64,000 nucleotides of DNA from Clostridiales bacterium (lineage in GTDB: Bacteria; Bacillota; Clostridia; Christensenellales; UBA1242), in NCBI GenBank assembly GCA_050872745.1, contig JBNMHL010000001.1, forward strand, positions 36,842 through 100,841, read 5' to 3'. Positions 1 through 11,299 of the stretch are shown piece after piece (the first letter of the stretch is position 1; the number at the start of each line of letters is the position of its first letter). The notes below the pieces were generated by a model. It saw nothing but the letters and a program-made list of their open reading frames with translations, was not told the origin of the DNA and searched no databases. The position numbers and the translations under genes were made by a program.

Positions 1-1
1 A

Positions 2-3000
2 CGAACAAAAGGATTGGATTCATTAAGCGGTTCTGAAATGTTGGGCTATTATGCTGGCCTATTTGGTTGCACTGATGGTGCAAAAATTAAAAACATCGTT
101 TTAGAAGAAAATTGCATTATAACAGGAACTCGTTATATTGGTGGATTGGTTGGCTACGCTAAAGACACATCTATAGAAAACATCATATCAAATGTGACTA
201 TAAACAACACGGATCTACTTCAAACTGAAAAAGAAGATGGTTGCACTGGTGGAGTAGTTGGGTTACTAGAATTTACGGATTATAAAGTTGATCTAAATCC
301 AACAGGATTAATCAAAGAATCGGAAACTCCGTTAACTCCAAATGCCTTTAATATTCCATTAAAAAATATTAACACAACAGCAAATGCGAAAGTGCAAGTT
401 GCACATTCAAGTGTTGTTGGTGGAATAATTGGCAAAATCTTAATCAATTCCGAAATAGAGAATTTGATTGTTTCATTTGGATCTGAAATCAAAAACAATG
501 CAAGCATTTATGCTCCTAATTCAAATAATGTTGCAGGTGTGATTGCAAAAGTTGAAGTAAATGAATGCATTATTGATAAAACGCAATTAGTTATTGAATT
601 CACTGATCTTAAAACTCAAATTATTGAAAATGGTGGCAAAGTTCAAGGGAAAAATTATGTTGGTGGTCTATTCAGTTCAATTTCAAACTTAAATGTTAAA
701 TCAACTGAAACAATTAACACGGCTGACATAAATCACAAACTAAACACAGGCTCAATTATGGGTGAAAATTATGTTGGTGGTTTTGCTGGTTACGCCACTC
801 ACACTAAAATTGAAGGCAGTGTTAAAGCGTATATTTCAGGAGAGAGTAAATACGCACTAAATTATGTTTGGTTTGAAAATGCTGGTTCAATTCAAGCAAG
901 TTCTTATGTTGGTGGATTATTTGGAGCAATAGGTGGTGATTATGATTCGATTGTTGATAAGCCTAACTATAGAGAACCAATTGAAGAATTTACTCAAGAG
1001 AAAGTAACAAGTCGATTGCATTTAGTTAAGAATAGCGGATCAATTTTAAGCAATAAAAACACCTCAGATAGTTACTTTGGTGGAATTGCAGGTTTTGCAA
1101 ATGTTTTAATTGAAGGTGCTATTAATAGCGGGGAAATTAATTGCATATTAAATGGTGCTGATTATAATGAACACAATACAAACTTAAAATATGTTGGTGG
1201 TATTGCTGGTTTTGAAACTGTTGGAATATTTGAAGCCCAAAACAAAGCTCCAGTATTTGGCTATGAAAGTGATGGTGAGAACTATGGTATTGCAGGTATT
1301 GTTGGAACATTCTTGATTAATGATAATATTGATGATGAATACAATAAAATTATTAACCTTGAAAATAGTGCAGAAATTGATAATGGAAATGGTTCAGCAA
1401 TCGTTGGAACAATTCTACATAATAAAAATCAGTTGGTTAACTATAAAGATTATTATGCAAAAACAGAATCAAAATTTAAGTATAGCAACATCGTTTCAGG
1501 TGGCACCTCTTCAAATATTTCAAACGATCTTCTAGCTTTAATTCAATCAAAAGTTTTAATGGGGTATGATAACAACAGTAACGCAATGCACTATTCAGAT
1601 AACACGATGATTCGCGTTGCAAACGAGAATAAAAATAATCAAGCATTCGTTGAGTCTTCTTCGTGGAAAACAAACGAAAATTCTAAGAAATTTGAGTTGG
1701 TTCAATTTGCTTTGCCAAAATTAGAAATTGAAGAAGTTGGTGAAAAATACGTTTATGCACTTTCTGATGCAAGTTCATATATCACCGCTCAAAAAACTCA
1801 TTCAAGAAGATATAAATTATCTCCATATCAATACGACATCAATCCAAATATTGATATAAAAGTAACGAGTCAAATAAACTTAAGCGGAATTAAGGATAGC
1901 ATTAAAGAAACAATTGATGTTTTGAATGAATCACATAATAGTATTAATCCTTTAGGTTCAAATGAATATATGTTCATAGGTGAATTTAATGGTGATAATA
2001 AAACAATAGCATATGATTCATTATATTCTCTAGATAATGAAAACTATGGTTTGTTTGGAGTTGTGAAAGAAACTGAAATATCAAATGTAACTATTAACTT
2101 TAAAGGAGAAAACTTTAATATTAATGGTAGTAAAAATGCAAGTTTTGCAATCGCCAAATTAATAGGTAAATCAAAAGTTGAAACTTTAAGTGTTAAGCAA
2201 ACTGAAAACAATATTAATATTCAAAACCAATCTACAAACTTTGGTTTTGCTATAGGTTCAATTGATGCAAACGGAACAAGTGAAGAAAACAAATCAGAAT
2301 TAAAAGATATTGTGGTGAATGGCGATATCATTTTAAATAGTGATATAACCAACTTAGGCGGATTGGTTGGAGAAATCACTGGCGAAGGATTTGTTGATAT
2401 TAGTCAAAGCGAAACCAATGAAAACAAATCAAAAATATTTATTAATGGAAATAACAAGGCAACTGCAATAGCAGGTGTTGTTGGATTAATAAATAAATCA
2501 GAAACAAAAGATTTAAATGTTTCAATTTCAGATCTTAAATTAGAAAAAGTTGAATTGAAAAATGCTAGTGATTTAGCTAGTGGTTCAACCATCGCAGGAA
2601 TAACAACTAAGCTTGAAACTGGCTCAAAAATAACTGGAATAGAAATTGGTGCAATCAACTTACAAAATGCAAATAATATTGCTGGTTTTGTTAATAATTT
2701 GAGTGGTGGTGAAATTAAATCAAATTCAATTAATTCAATAAACTTAGGTGCAGATCAAAATTTGAATTCATTAACAATAGGTGGTGCGGTTTCAACTTTA
2801 TCAAGTGGAAAATTGCAAATGAACTCTATTGCATTTGGAGCTTCTAACAAAATTGAAATCAATAATAACGCCACTATTAAAACTGCAAATATTGGTGGAT
2901 TAGTTGGTGTTGATAATAGTAGTGAAAACGAGGTTTATGCAATATTCAATACCAACACAAACGAGTGGGAAAACCAAAACACGATTAATAACCTAAAAAT

Positions 3001-6000
3001 CACAGCATATAAATCAACAATAAACAACTTAAATATGGGTGGTTTATCAGGTTTAGCTAACTTCTCTGATTCATTATTTGCAACAGCATTAAATGGAACA
3101 AATAGCGTGTCAATTGGTGGTGGCACTGAAGATAACAAAATCACTATTAAAGATTTATCGAACGTTGGTGCTTTATTTGGTAAACTTGAAGTTGCTAGTG
3201 AAAAAGAAATAGTGTTAGAAAATGAATTAGATAATATCAGCCTAGATACTACTATGAATCACATCTCTAAAACCTCAACAACTGATTACTTGAATATTGG
3301 TCAATTTGCAGGTTCAATCAGAGGTGGAGATAATAGCAAACTTAAATATGAATCAATTAATAGATCATTAATAATTGAAAATAGTTCAGGCAATATTTCA
3401 TTAGGTAAGTTTGCAGGAAACATAGAAAATATTAACTTAATTAAAACTGGATCAACTATTCCTACTATCCATTCAGTTGAAAACAACGATAAATCAGTTC
3501 TTGGTTTAATAGTTGGAAGAGCTAATAAAAGTAAAATTAGCGTTATGGCTTCTGAAGATGAATTGGTAAATTTAACTCTAGCAAATGATTTAAGCATCAA
3601 AGGTGGAAGTGTTGGTGTTATTGCTGGTTTAATTAAAGAATCAGAAATTAATTTGAAAGAACTTAGTTGTTCAAATTTAACAATCAATGGCGGAGTTTAC
3701 ACTGGTGCTGTTGTTGGAAAGAGCGAAAGTTCAAAAGTTAATTTATCAAAAATTTCAAATGCTAACTTATCTGGCACAAATGCTGGTGCGGTGGCAGGCG
3801 AATTTAAAAACTCAAATCTAAATTTAAAAGTAGAAGAAGTAGCTGGTGTTAAAAATTATTCAAACACAAAGCTTACTATAGATAATGTTTCAGTTCAAGC
3901 AAACGTGGCAGGTGCAGTGTTTGGAAAAATTAAAGTTGAGCTTTACACAAATATAGAAGAAACCTACATTTCAAATATCACAGTTTCAAATGTTTTCAAT
4001 ATCAAAGCAACTGATATTGGAACTAATAAAGGTAAGGCAGGTGGAATTGCGGGTGAAATTGATGGCACAAGCGTTGTTGCACGAATTGGTTCTCCAATCA
4101 GCCTTGGAATAACTGAAATTGATGGTTCAATTATTGGTGGAATAGCTGGTGAATTGAAAAATGGCTCTATCCAAAACCTAACCGAACATGATGACTTAGA
4201 TATTAAAGCTGAATCTAAACTAGTTAATGCTGAAATTGCTGGTGGAGTGGTAGGTTTAATTGGTGAGTCAGATAGTGAAAATGAAATTAAAATTGATGGT
4301 GTGATTAGCACATCAACTAGTATCACAGCAAGTTTAATTGCTGGTGGAATTATTGGCGAAATTAATAACGCTAAAGTTTCAATTGGAACTCAGAAACTTG
4401 TTCAAAATAAGGCAACCTTAGTTACTGCCGGAAGTGAAACAACGGAAGAAAACACATATGCTGGTGGAATCATTGGAAAAATTTTAAGTAATCTTGAAAC
4501 AAAGATTGAAAATGTTAATGGTTCAACTGGAATAAACGTAACCGCAATAGTTAAGTCTGATTTGGCAACATCGTATGCTGGCGGTGTGCTTGGTTATGGT
4601 GAAAATGTTGTGGGTGAATGGAATTTCATAGGTGTTGCAGAAGTAAAAAGTATTGAAGTCCAAAAATATGATGAAGATGGCAATCCGTTAAAGAACCCTG
4701 ATGATGGCACTAACATTAAAGAAAATAAAGATGTTGTGGTTTCATATAACCTAAACTTAGGAACAATAACTGCTAAAGTGGCTGGGGGAATTGCGGGTTA
4801 CCTAAAAGGAAAAAGCAATGCTGAAGCTGAAAGAGTTTCTATTAAAGGTAGCAGTGAAGAAAGGTCAAGTGACTTGTTGAATAATTTAACAATTGATAAT
4901 ATTTTCATGTCTTCAATTTATTATAGAACAACACTAACTGGAACAATCACAGGAACAAACGCTATAAGCTTAGGCTCAATTGTGGGTGAAGGTGAGAATA
5001 TTAACATTCAATATTTCCAAAACTCAGCAAAGATTGAAAAGGCAGAATCAGCAGGTGGTTTTGCTGGAATATTAACAAACGGAAAGATTGAAGAGTGCCA
5101 AAATGATTCAGATATATCTGCGAAAGAAAATGCGGGTGGATTTATCGGAAAGGCTCGCGAGAATATCACATTAATAAACACAACAAATAAAGCACCTGAA
5201 GAGGTTGATGATCCAGAAACAGGCGGAAAGAGAACTAAGTATGTTGATATAAAATCTGATAAATATGCAGGTGGAATAATCGGGGTTGGTGAAGAATTAA
5301 CTTTAGATAGTGAATTTGTTGGATTGAAAACTTCAACCCAATTTGCAGAAGCACTTAAGGGATGTGAAGATGATTTGGATACTGATCCAGATAATATAGG
5401 AACAATAATTGCAAAAGTCATATTATCTATTTGCTATCATTACGTTGCTCAATATAACAACACCATTATAATAGGAAATGTTCAAGGTGAAATTGCAGGT
5501 GGATTTGCCGGAAGCCTAAATGGAAACGAGTCGATTTGTTCAATTAAAGGTAAAGATATAAATATAAAACTAGTAGAAAGTATTGAGGGTAAGCTTGTTT
5601 ACACCGATACAATCATTCCAACAGTTAAACTTTCGGGAATAGTTAGAGCAAGCAAAACCGCGGGTGGTGTTATTGGTGAAGGTTCTAATATTTCAATTTC
5701 AAACATCAATTGTGCAGTTGGAATTTCAGGATTAACAGAAAGCACTCTTCTAGAAACTGCGGGTGGAATGGTAGGAAAAATCACGAACGGAGCAAACGTG
5801 ATTAAATCTGAAGAAGTTGATAGCGTTGATTTTGAAAAAATAACGGTTGGAAATGTTTCTGATATATCTGCAAGTGAAAATGCAGGAAATATAATTGGAT
5901 TGGTTGAAAGCGGTTCAGTTGATTTTGCGGGAAATATTCTTGGCGCTGGATTGGTAACTGCTGGAACAACAACCACAACATCAGACACATTTGCAGGTGG

Positions 6001-9000
6001 CTTAGTAGGTAAATCAAAAGGCTCAATTAGCCTATCAGATATCTCATCAATTAAATTAAATGGTTCAGTGCAAGCTTTGGGAACTTCAAACACATATGCT
6101 GGTGGTGTTTTAGGCTACTCTCAAGGTGCAACTGGCGAGTTTAAAATAAAAGGTGATTTTAATATAGGTAAAGTTGTTGGTAAAATTGCAGGTGGATTTG
6201 CTGGTCATTTGTCTGGAATGACTAATGAAAATAGAGTTTCGATTAAAGGCACTGAAAGTGTTGAAAGTCAAGTAAAAATTACGGGTTCTATCAAAGGTTC
6301 AGAAAACTCAACATTCAATAAAACTGCTGGTGGAATTATTGGTGAGGGAAGTTTTGTTAACATTGAAAACCTTAGCGTTGCAGTAAAAATAGATGGCACA
6401 AATAGATTATTTGCAGGTGGAATCGCAGGCTTTGTGTTTAACTGCAATATATCAAATTGCAAATCAAGTGCAGAAGATGATGAATCTGAAAAAACAATTT
6501 CAGCAAAAGCTGATATAACAGACCAAGCAATCAAAAACTTTAGTGGCGATTCTTTAACATTGGATTCATATACTAAAGATGAAAAAGTCTATTCAGGTTA
6601 TGCGGGTGGATTCGTTGGTTATGGAGTTGGTATTGAAATTTCATTACCATTGCAAGAAAAAACGAAAGTTAATGGAGTAATTGCAGGTGGAGTTGCAGGA
6701 TTCTTAAGTGGAAAAATCGCTAGAGAGAATAGAGAAAAATTATTTTTAGATGCTAATGGTGGAAGTATTAATGCAATAATCTCAGGCGGTGGAGCGGTTG
6801 GAATTAGTGCTGGTGTTAAAATAAATAATTTTGAGATTGAATTTAGCGAATTTAAGATAGTAAAAGAAATTGGGGCTTCAGTACCTGAAACTTATTTAGG
6901 TGGAGCTATCGGAAAATCGCAAGGTGGAAATGATAAAACTATTAATTGCACAACATCTTATAATGCAGGCAGTATTCAAAGAATAGAAGGTTCAAATTAT
7001 GCTGGTGGATTTGTAGGCTTCGCGAAAGCTGAAAGTTCGATTGAAATTTCTGGTTCAACTAATAACTTAGAAATTAAAGCGACTACTTGTGCTGGTGGTA
7101 TAATCGGAAAAGCAATTAGCGTTTCATTTACAAACACATCAAACGCTGGCAATGTTTCTGCTATCACAATCGTTGGTGGAATTGTTGGTGAAGCAGATAC
7201 TGCAATATTTAATAGTGGAATTAGTGTAACTCAGGGAACTTTCGAGGCTATCGACTATGCTGGAGCGGTTGCTGGAAAGGTAAATTATTCTGCAGAACTT
7301 ACTTCACCTCCTGAATTGGCAAATGCAATCCAAGTTTCTGCTTCAAACACTGAAGAAGATAAAGGTTACGCTGGTGGATATTTTGGTTATGTATCAGGTT
7401 TAACCGCAACGTTTGATATATCTGATTCAACTGAATTAAATATTGGAATGATTAAAGGAAATTACGCTGGTGGAATTGCTGGTTACGCTAGCGGAAAAGA
7501 AGATGACTTCTTAACGATTGTTGGTAACTTCACAACATATACTTCAATCAAAGGCACTATTTCATCATGCTCAGGCACTGCGAAATCGATCGGTGCTGTG
7601 GTTGGTGAAGGTGAATATCTAAACATTTCAAATATTCAAAACCAAATCACATTAAATAGTTCAGAAAAAGCGGGTGGTTTAGCTGGAAAATTAACCAACT
7701 CAAAAATCACACACTGCAGAGTTCTATATTCAGATATTACAGCAACTCATTATGCGGGTGGTTTAGTAGGTCAAGGTGAAAACCTTGAATTATCAGAAAT
7801 GTTTGAAATGAAAAACAATAGTGGAACAATTCAAACAACGGCAACTACCGAATCTTACGCTGGTGGATTATTTGGTTACTTAGAAGGTGTAATTGGAGAT
7901 AAGATTGATTGGTCGAGTTTCTACTATAGTGGAATCAATGTTGGAACAATTAAATCTAATTATTCTGCTGGTGGTTTCGCTGGTTTCTTGAGTGGAAGAG
8001 ATGCTGAAAATAAATATGTTTTAGGCGGGATAGATGGTAAGCCATTAAAAATGCAAGGCACGATCGCTAAGAATACCAAATCATATGCATATACATTAGG
8101 ATCAATAGTAGGAATTGGAAAGTGGTTGAAGTTAGAAAGCTGCGGAGAGTATGAAGTAATTAAAGAATCAGAAATTATTGGTGGAATCGCTGGAATACTC
8201 ACAGATTCAAATGTTTCTTATTGTGACTCTTCAAAAGACTTTTCAGTTGATTTCTCAAGTGGAGAATTAACAGATTCTAATAAAGGCATATGCGTTGGTG
8301 GAATAGTTGGATACGCAGACGGCGAAACGACAATTGAAAATTGTAGCTCATCAAGCAATATTTCTGCAAAGAAAACAACTGATTCTGATGGATACGCTAG
8401 TGTGGGTGGAATTGTTGGAAGAAGTGCAGGAAATATAACGATTAAAAACTGTGGTAGTCCCGCAAATATACGAACAATTACTGGAGAAAACATAGGAATA
8501 AATAGTAAATATGGTTATGCTGGTGGAGTGATTGGGCAGATACAAGGTGAAGGAACTATTACCGATTGTTATAATTACAGTAATGGGACCATTAAAGCAA
8601 CAAATTCAGCCGGAGGCATAGTAGGAGAAGCAGTTGAAATTATAATTAATACTGAAAATAAAGAATGCTCTAATGATGGTAATGTTGTAGCGAATAATGA
8701 CTACGGCTATGGTGCTGCTGGCGGAATTATTGGTAAAATATATGGCAGTGGAGCAATTATAGGAACTGAAACTTATAAAATTACAAATAATGGCAAAATA
8801 GGAAATGATTCAACATGGCAAGCAGGAGGAATAATTGGTAGGGCATCGGATAACGCTACTAATAGTGAAGAAATTGAGATTCAATATGTTGAAAACTATG
8901 GAACAATATTAGCAGAAGAAACTGCAGGTGGAATTATTGGAACTGGAGATGCATCTGAGATTAACATATCAAATGTAACAAATGAATTAATCGCGGTTAA

Positions 9001-11104
9001 CGAAAAAGATATAAGAGCTAAGTGTGTTGGAGGAATTATTGGGCATGTGAAGAGTGTAACATTTGGTGAGAATATCAAGTGCTTAGATGGAAATTTTGTG
9101 GGAGTTACATATGCTGGGGGAATAGCTGGCAAAATATCAACTTCTGCTAAAATAAACAACACTCCAACTATATCAAGCGAAATTAGAGTTTTAACTTCGG
9201 GAACAGGAGAAGACATTGGTTACACTGGTGGATATTTTGGCTATGTTGAGAAAGCAGAAGGAACTTTAGATTTCAGTTCATCACCTGAAATAAGTATCGG
9301 TGAAGTTTGCGGAAAATGTGCTGGTGGAATTGCCGGTTACATATCTGGAACTGCAGGAAATAACTTAAAGATTCAAGGACACTTAAGTAAAACAAGGTTA
9401 GTTAACTCTGCTGTTTCAGCTTTTCAAGGTTCACCAACGCCAGCCACGCAGTATATAGGCGGGCTTATAGGTAAAGGTGGATATTTGGTAATTTCAAATT
9501 TCATCATAATTAACTCAGTTGAGATAAATAGCAACAAACAATATAATGAAGCTATGGGTGGATTTATTGGTGTTGTTAGTGCTGAAACAACAATTTCTAA
9601 TTGCACAAATAATGCCGGTATGTTAATTATAGGAAACGATGTTGATGCAGGAGGTTTTGTTGGCCATTCTGGAGCTAAATTAACAATTTCTAATTCGATA
9701 AATAATGGCGAAATCGAAGCAAAAAGAGATACAACTGTTGGAGGACCAGCTAATCAATTTGTTAACGCAGGAGGTTTTGTTGGTGATTCTAAATCAGATC
9801 TTGAAATTACAGGCTCAATAAATAATGGTACGATAAAGTCAGATGATACTTTTGGAACTGCTGGAGGATTCGTTGCACTTTCATTTGGAATGATAACACT
9901 AACAAATTGCCATAATGGTTCAAGTGGCTCACAAGCTACAATTCAAGGAGAACATGCAGGAGGTTTAGTTGGTCATAATGATGAAAAATCAATACTAATA
10001 AGTGGTTGTGTAAATTATTTAAATATCACAGGCTTATATTGTGGAGGCTTTGTTGCTTACACTAAAGGTGAACTAAACGTTGAGAATAGTGAAAATAATG
10101 GTTCTGTTGATGCCACATGTGATGCTGGTGGAATAGTTGCGCATGCCATTGGAACAAAATTAAATCTTACAAACACTCATAATAAAAAAGGTATAAAATC
10201 TGGCTCACAAACATATACAGAGGGTACTACTACAACTACTACACTGGGATACAGTATTGGCGGGTTGGCTGGTTATGTTACGGGTGTATGTGATATTCAA
10301 AATTGTTCTAATTCGGGCTATATACATGGAGCGGTTCAGGCTGGCGGATTGGTTGGTCACGCTCGAAATGATATCACAATAACGGGCTCTAGGAATACTG
10401 GGGATGTTCGAGGAACAGCCACATTTACTAATTGTGGAAAAGGCGGATTGGGCGATTCAGCTGTTGGTGGCTTTATTGGTTATGTTGTTAATTCAAATGT
10501 AACAATTAATGGTACTGATGAACAAGAAAATAAATCTTTTATTTCTCACGGATTATATATGGGTGGTTTTGTAGGCTATATTAAAAATCAAAATGAAGGT
10601 GGGAATAATAAACAAGTAGAAATTCAAAATTGTATATCTACCTCGAACGGCATCGAAAATAGGTCAGATATTGGATGTTCTCAAGGCTTTGGACATCCTG
10701 GAGGGTTTATTGGAAGAACAGATATTGTAACATACATAGATAATTGCACAAATAGTGCGAAAATAGAGTCGTGTAATGTTAATAATAAAGCAACAGATGC
10801 TGGTATTGTATCAATAGCGAATGAAATTTATATAGGTACTAAAAAAAATACTGGAGCTGTAATAAATAATGGCTATGTTGGTTATGTTAAGGGCGCCACA
10901 ACAAGTGCACCTAAGAATGTGGCTGGATTAGTTGGTTTTATAAATAGTTACGGAAAATTTGATAATTATCAATCAAATGGTGGCTTAACTTGCAATAGTG
11001 GGGGACATACAGCTTTAGTCTGCTTCTACAAAACTGGTGCCACGATAGAAGGAGTTTCTGGGGATGCCAATATAAAGGAGTGGACTTGGAACTATCCAAT
11101 TTAA
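2..11104 (+). CDS. Giant repeat protein (>3,696 aa, 5' end outside window); GLUG-motif, probably beta-helical surface adhesin-like protein
   Basis: One frame is open from the first bases of the window to TAA at 11102-11104. It carries well over 100 degenerate units centred on G-G-[ILF]-[AVI]-G (YVGGLVG, AGGIAG, AGGFVG). The C-terminal ~900 aa (nt ~8300-11100) show the classical GLUG pattern I-x-N-C-x-N-x-G-x-[IV]...A-G-G-[IFL]-V-G. No start codon can be assigned inside the window. Confidence 0.85.
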   Translation, partial: RTKGLDSLSGSEMLGYYAGLFGCTDGAKIKNIVLEENCIITGTRYIGGLVGYAKDTSIENIISNVTINNTDLLQTEKEDGCTGGVVGLLEFTDYKVDLNPTGLIKESETPLTPNAFNIPLKNINTTANAKVQVAHSSVVGGIIGKILINSEIENLIVSFGSEIKNNASIYAPNSNNVAGVIAKVEVNECIIDKTQLVIEFTDLKTQIIENGGKVQGKNYVGGLFSSISNLNVKSTETINTADINHKLNTGSIMGENYVGGFAGYATHTKIEGSVKAYISGESKYALNYVWFENAGSIQASSYVGGLFGAIGGDYDSIVDKPNYREPIEEFTQEKVTSRLHLVKNSGSILSNKNTSDSYFGGIAGFANVLIEGAINSGEINCILNGADYNEHNTNLKYVGGIAGFETVGIFEAQNKAPVFGYESDGENYGIAGIVGTFLINDNIDDEYNKIINLENSAEIDNGNGSAIVGTILHNKNQLVNYKDYYAKTESKFKYSNIVSGGTSSNISNDLLALIQSKVLMGYDNNSNAMHYSDNTMIRVANENKNNQAFVESSSWKTNENSKKFELVQFALPKLEIEEVGEKYVYALSDASSYITAQKTHSRRYKLSPYQYDINPNIDIKVTSQINLSGIKDSIKETIDVLNESHNSINPLGSNEYMFIGEFNGDNKTIAYDSLYSLDNENYGLFGVVKETEISNVTINFKGENFNINGSKNASFAIAKLIGKSKVETLSVKQTENNINIQNQSTNFGFAIGSIDANGTSEENKSELKDIVVNGDIILNSDITNLGGLVGEITGEGFVDISQSETNENKSKIFINGNNKATAIAGVVGLINKSETKDLNVSISDLKLEKVELKNASDLASGSTIAGITTKLETGSKITGIEIGAINLQNANNIAGFVNNLSGGEIKSNSINSINLGADQNLNSLTIGGAVSTLSSGKLQMNSIAFGASNKIEINNNATIKTANIGGLVGVDNSSENEVYAIFNTNTNEWENQNTINNLKITAYKSTINNLNMGGLSGLANFSDSLFATALNGTNSVSIGGGTEDNKITIKDLSNVGALFGKLEVASEKEIVLENELDNISLDTTMNHISKTSTTDYLNIGQFAGSIRGGDNSKLKYESINRSLIIENSSGNISLGKFAGNIENINLIKTGSTIPTIHSVENNDKSVLGLIVGRANKSKISVMASEDELVNLTLANDLSIKGGSVGVIAGLIKESEINLKELSCSNLTINGGVYTGAVVGKSESSKVNLSKISNANLSGTNAGAVAGEFKNSNLNLKVEEVAGVKNYSNTKLTIDNVSVQANVAGAVFGKIKVELYTNIEETYISNITVSNVFNIKATDIGTNKGKAGGIAGEIDGTSVVARIGSPISLGITEIDGSIIGGIAGELKNGSIQNLTEHDDLDIKAESKLVNAEIAGGVVGLIGESDSENEIKIDGVISTSTSITASLIAGGIIGEINNAKVSIGTQKLVQNKATLVTAGSETTEENTYAGGIIGKILSNLETKIENVNGSTGINVTAIVKSDLATSYAGGVLGYGENVVGEWNFIGVAEVKSIEVQKYDEDGNPLKNPDDGTNIKENKDVVVSYNLNLGTITAKVAGGIAGYLKGKSNAEAERVSIKGSSEERSSDLLNNLTIDNIFMSSIYYRTTLTGTITGTNAISLGSIVGEGENINIQYFQNSAKIEKAESAGGFAGILTNGKIEECQNDSDISAKENAGGFIGKARENITLINTTNKAPEEVDDPETGGKRTKYVDIKSDKYAGGIIGVGEELTLDSEFVGLKTSTQFAEALKGCEDDLDTDPDNIGTIIAKVILSICYHYVAQYNNTIIIGNVQGEIAGGFAGSLNGNESICSIKGKDINIKLVESIEGKLVYTDTIIPTVKLSGIVRASKTAGGVIGEGSNISISNINCAVGISGLTESTLLETAGGMVGKITNGANVIKSEEVDSVDFEKITVGNVSDISASENAGNIIGLVESGSVDFAGNILGAGLVTAGTTTTTSDTFAGGLVGKSKGSISLSDISSIKLNGSVQALGTSNTYAGGVLGYSQGATGEFKIKGDFNIGKVVGKIAGGFAGHLSGMTNENRVSIKGTESVESQVKITGSIKGSENSTFNKTAGGIIGEGSFVNIENLSVAVKIDGTNRLFAGGIAGFVFNCNISNCKSSAEDDESEKTISAKADITDQAIKNFSGDSLTLDSYTKDEKVYSGYAGGFVGYGVGIEISLPLQEKTKVNGVIAGGVAGFLSGKIARENREKLFLDANGGSINAIISGGGAVGISAGVKINNFEIEFSEFKIVKEIGASVPETYLGGAIGKSQGGNDKTINCTTSYNAGSIQRIEGSNYAGGFVGFAKAESSIEISGSTNNLEIKATTCAGGIIGKAISVSFTNTSNAGNVSAITIVGGIVGEADTAIFNSGISVTQGTFEAIDYAGAVAGKVNYSAELTSPPELANAIQVSASNTEEDKGYAGGYFGYVSGLTATFDISDSTELNIGMIKGNYAGGIAGYASGKEDDFLTIVGNFTTYTSIKGTISSCSGTAKSIGAVVGEGEYLNISNIQNQITLNSSEKAGGLAGKLTNSKITHCRVLYSDITATHYAGGLVGQGENLELSEMFEMKNNSGTIQTTATTESYAGGLFGYLEGVIGDKIDWSSFYYSGINVGTIKSNYSAGGFAGFLSGRDAENKYVLGGIDGKPLKMQGTIAKNTKSYAYTLGSIVGIGKWLKLESCGEYEVIKESEIIGGIAGILTDSNVSYCDSSKDFSVDFSSGELTDSNKGICVGGIVGYADGETTIENCSSSSNISAKKTTDSDGYASVGGIVGRSAGNITIKNCGSPANIRTITGENIGINSKYGYAGGVIGQIQGEGTITDCYNYSNGTIKATNSAGGIVGEAVEIIINTENKECSNDGNVVANNDYGYGAAGGIIGKIYGSGAIIGTETYKITNNGKIGNDSTWQAGGIIGRASDNATNSEEIEIQYVENYGTILAEETAGGIIGTGDASEINISNVTNELIAVNEKDIRAKCVGGIIGHVKSVTFGENIKCLDGNFVGVTYAGGIAGKISTSAKINNTPTISSEIRVLTSGTGEDIGYTGGYFGYVEKAEGTLDFSSSPEISIGEVCGKCAGGIAGYISGTAGNNLKIQGHLSKTRLVNSAVSAFQGSPTPATQYIGGLIGKGGYLVISNFIIINSVEINSNKQYNEAMGGFIGVVSAETTISNCTNNAGMLIIGNDVDAGGFVGHSGAKLTISNSINNGEIEAKRDTTVGGPANQFVNAGGFVGDSKSDLEITGSINNGTIKSDDTFGTAGGFVALSFGMITLTNCHNGSSGSQATIQGEHAGGLVGHNDEKSILISGCVNYLNITGLYCGGFVAYTKGELNVENSENNGSVDATCDAGGIVAHAIGTKLNLTNTHNKKGIKSGSQTYTEGTTTTTTLGYSIGGLAGYVTGVCDIQNCSNSGYIHGAVQAGGLVGHARNDITITGSRNTGDVRGTATFTNCGKGGLGDSAVGGFIGYVVNSNVTINGTDEQENKSFISHGLYMGGFVGYIKNQNEGGNNKQVEIQNCISTSNGIENRSDIGCSQGFGHPGGFIGRTDIVTYIDNCTNSAKIESCNVNNKATDAGIVSIANEIYIGTKKNTGAVINNGYVGYVKGATTSAPKNVAGLVGFINSYGKFDNYQSNGGLTCNSGGHTALVCFYKTGATIEGVSGDANIKEWTWNYPI

Positions 11105-11135
11105 AGTGTTTATAATAAATTAAGCACCACAAAAA

Positions 11136-11166
11136 GTCTAGAAGATTTAGTCTTCTAGGCTTTTTT
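11136..11166 (+). terminator. Intrinsic terminator of the giant gene
   Basis: GTCTAGAAGA (11136-11145) pairs with TCTTCTAGGC (11151-11160) as a 10-bp stem with one G-U pair. The loop is 5 nt and TTTTTT follows. Confidence 0.85.
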
Positions 11167-11299
11167 ATGCTTAAAAATCGGAACGGGTTGCATTAAAAAG
11201 AATGACATTATGAAATTTAACTAATTTTATCGTTAAATTGAATTTTCAAACTGCTATATAATATTAACAAAGAATATCAAAAAAAGTTTACAAAAAGGG

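Noticed and set aside
280-11132. About 20 minus-strand and off-frame ORFs (60-164 aa) inside the giant gene, many containing IPPA, TPPA or KPPA strings.
   Set aside because: They are shadow ORFs. The repeated GGT-GGA-NNN-GCW/GTW (G-G-x-A/V) codons read as x-P-P on the antisense strand. They have no SD sequences and lie fully inside an 11-kb uninterrupted frame.
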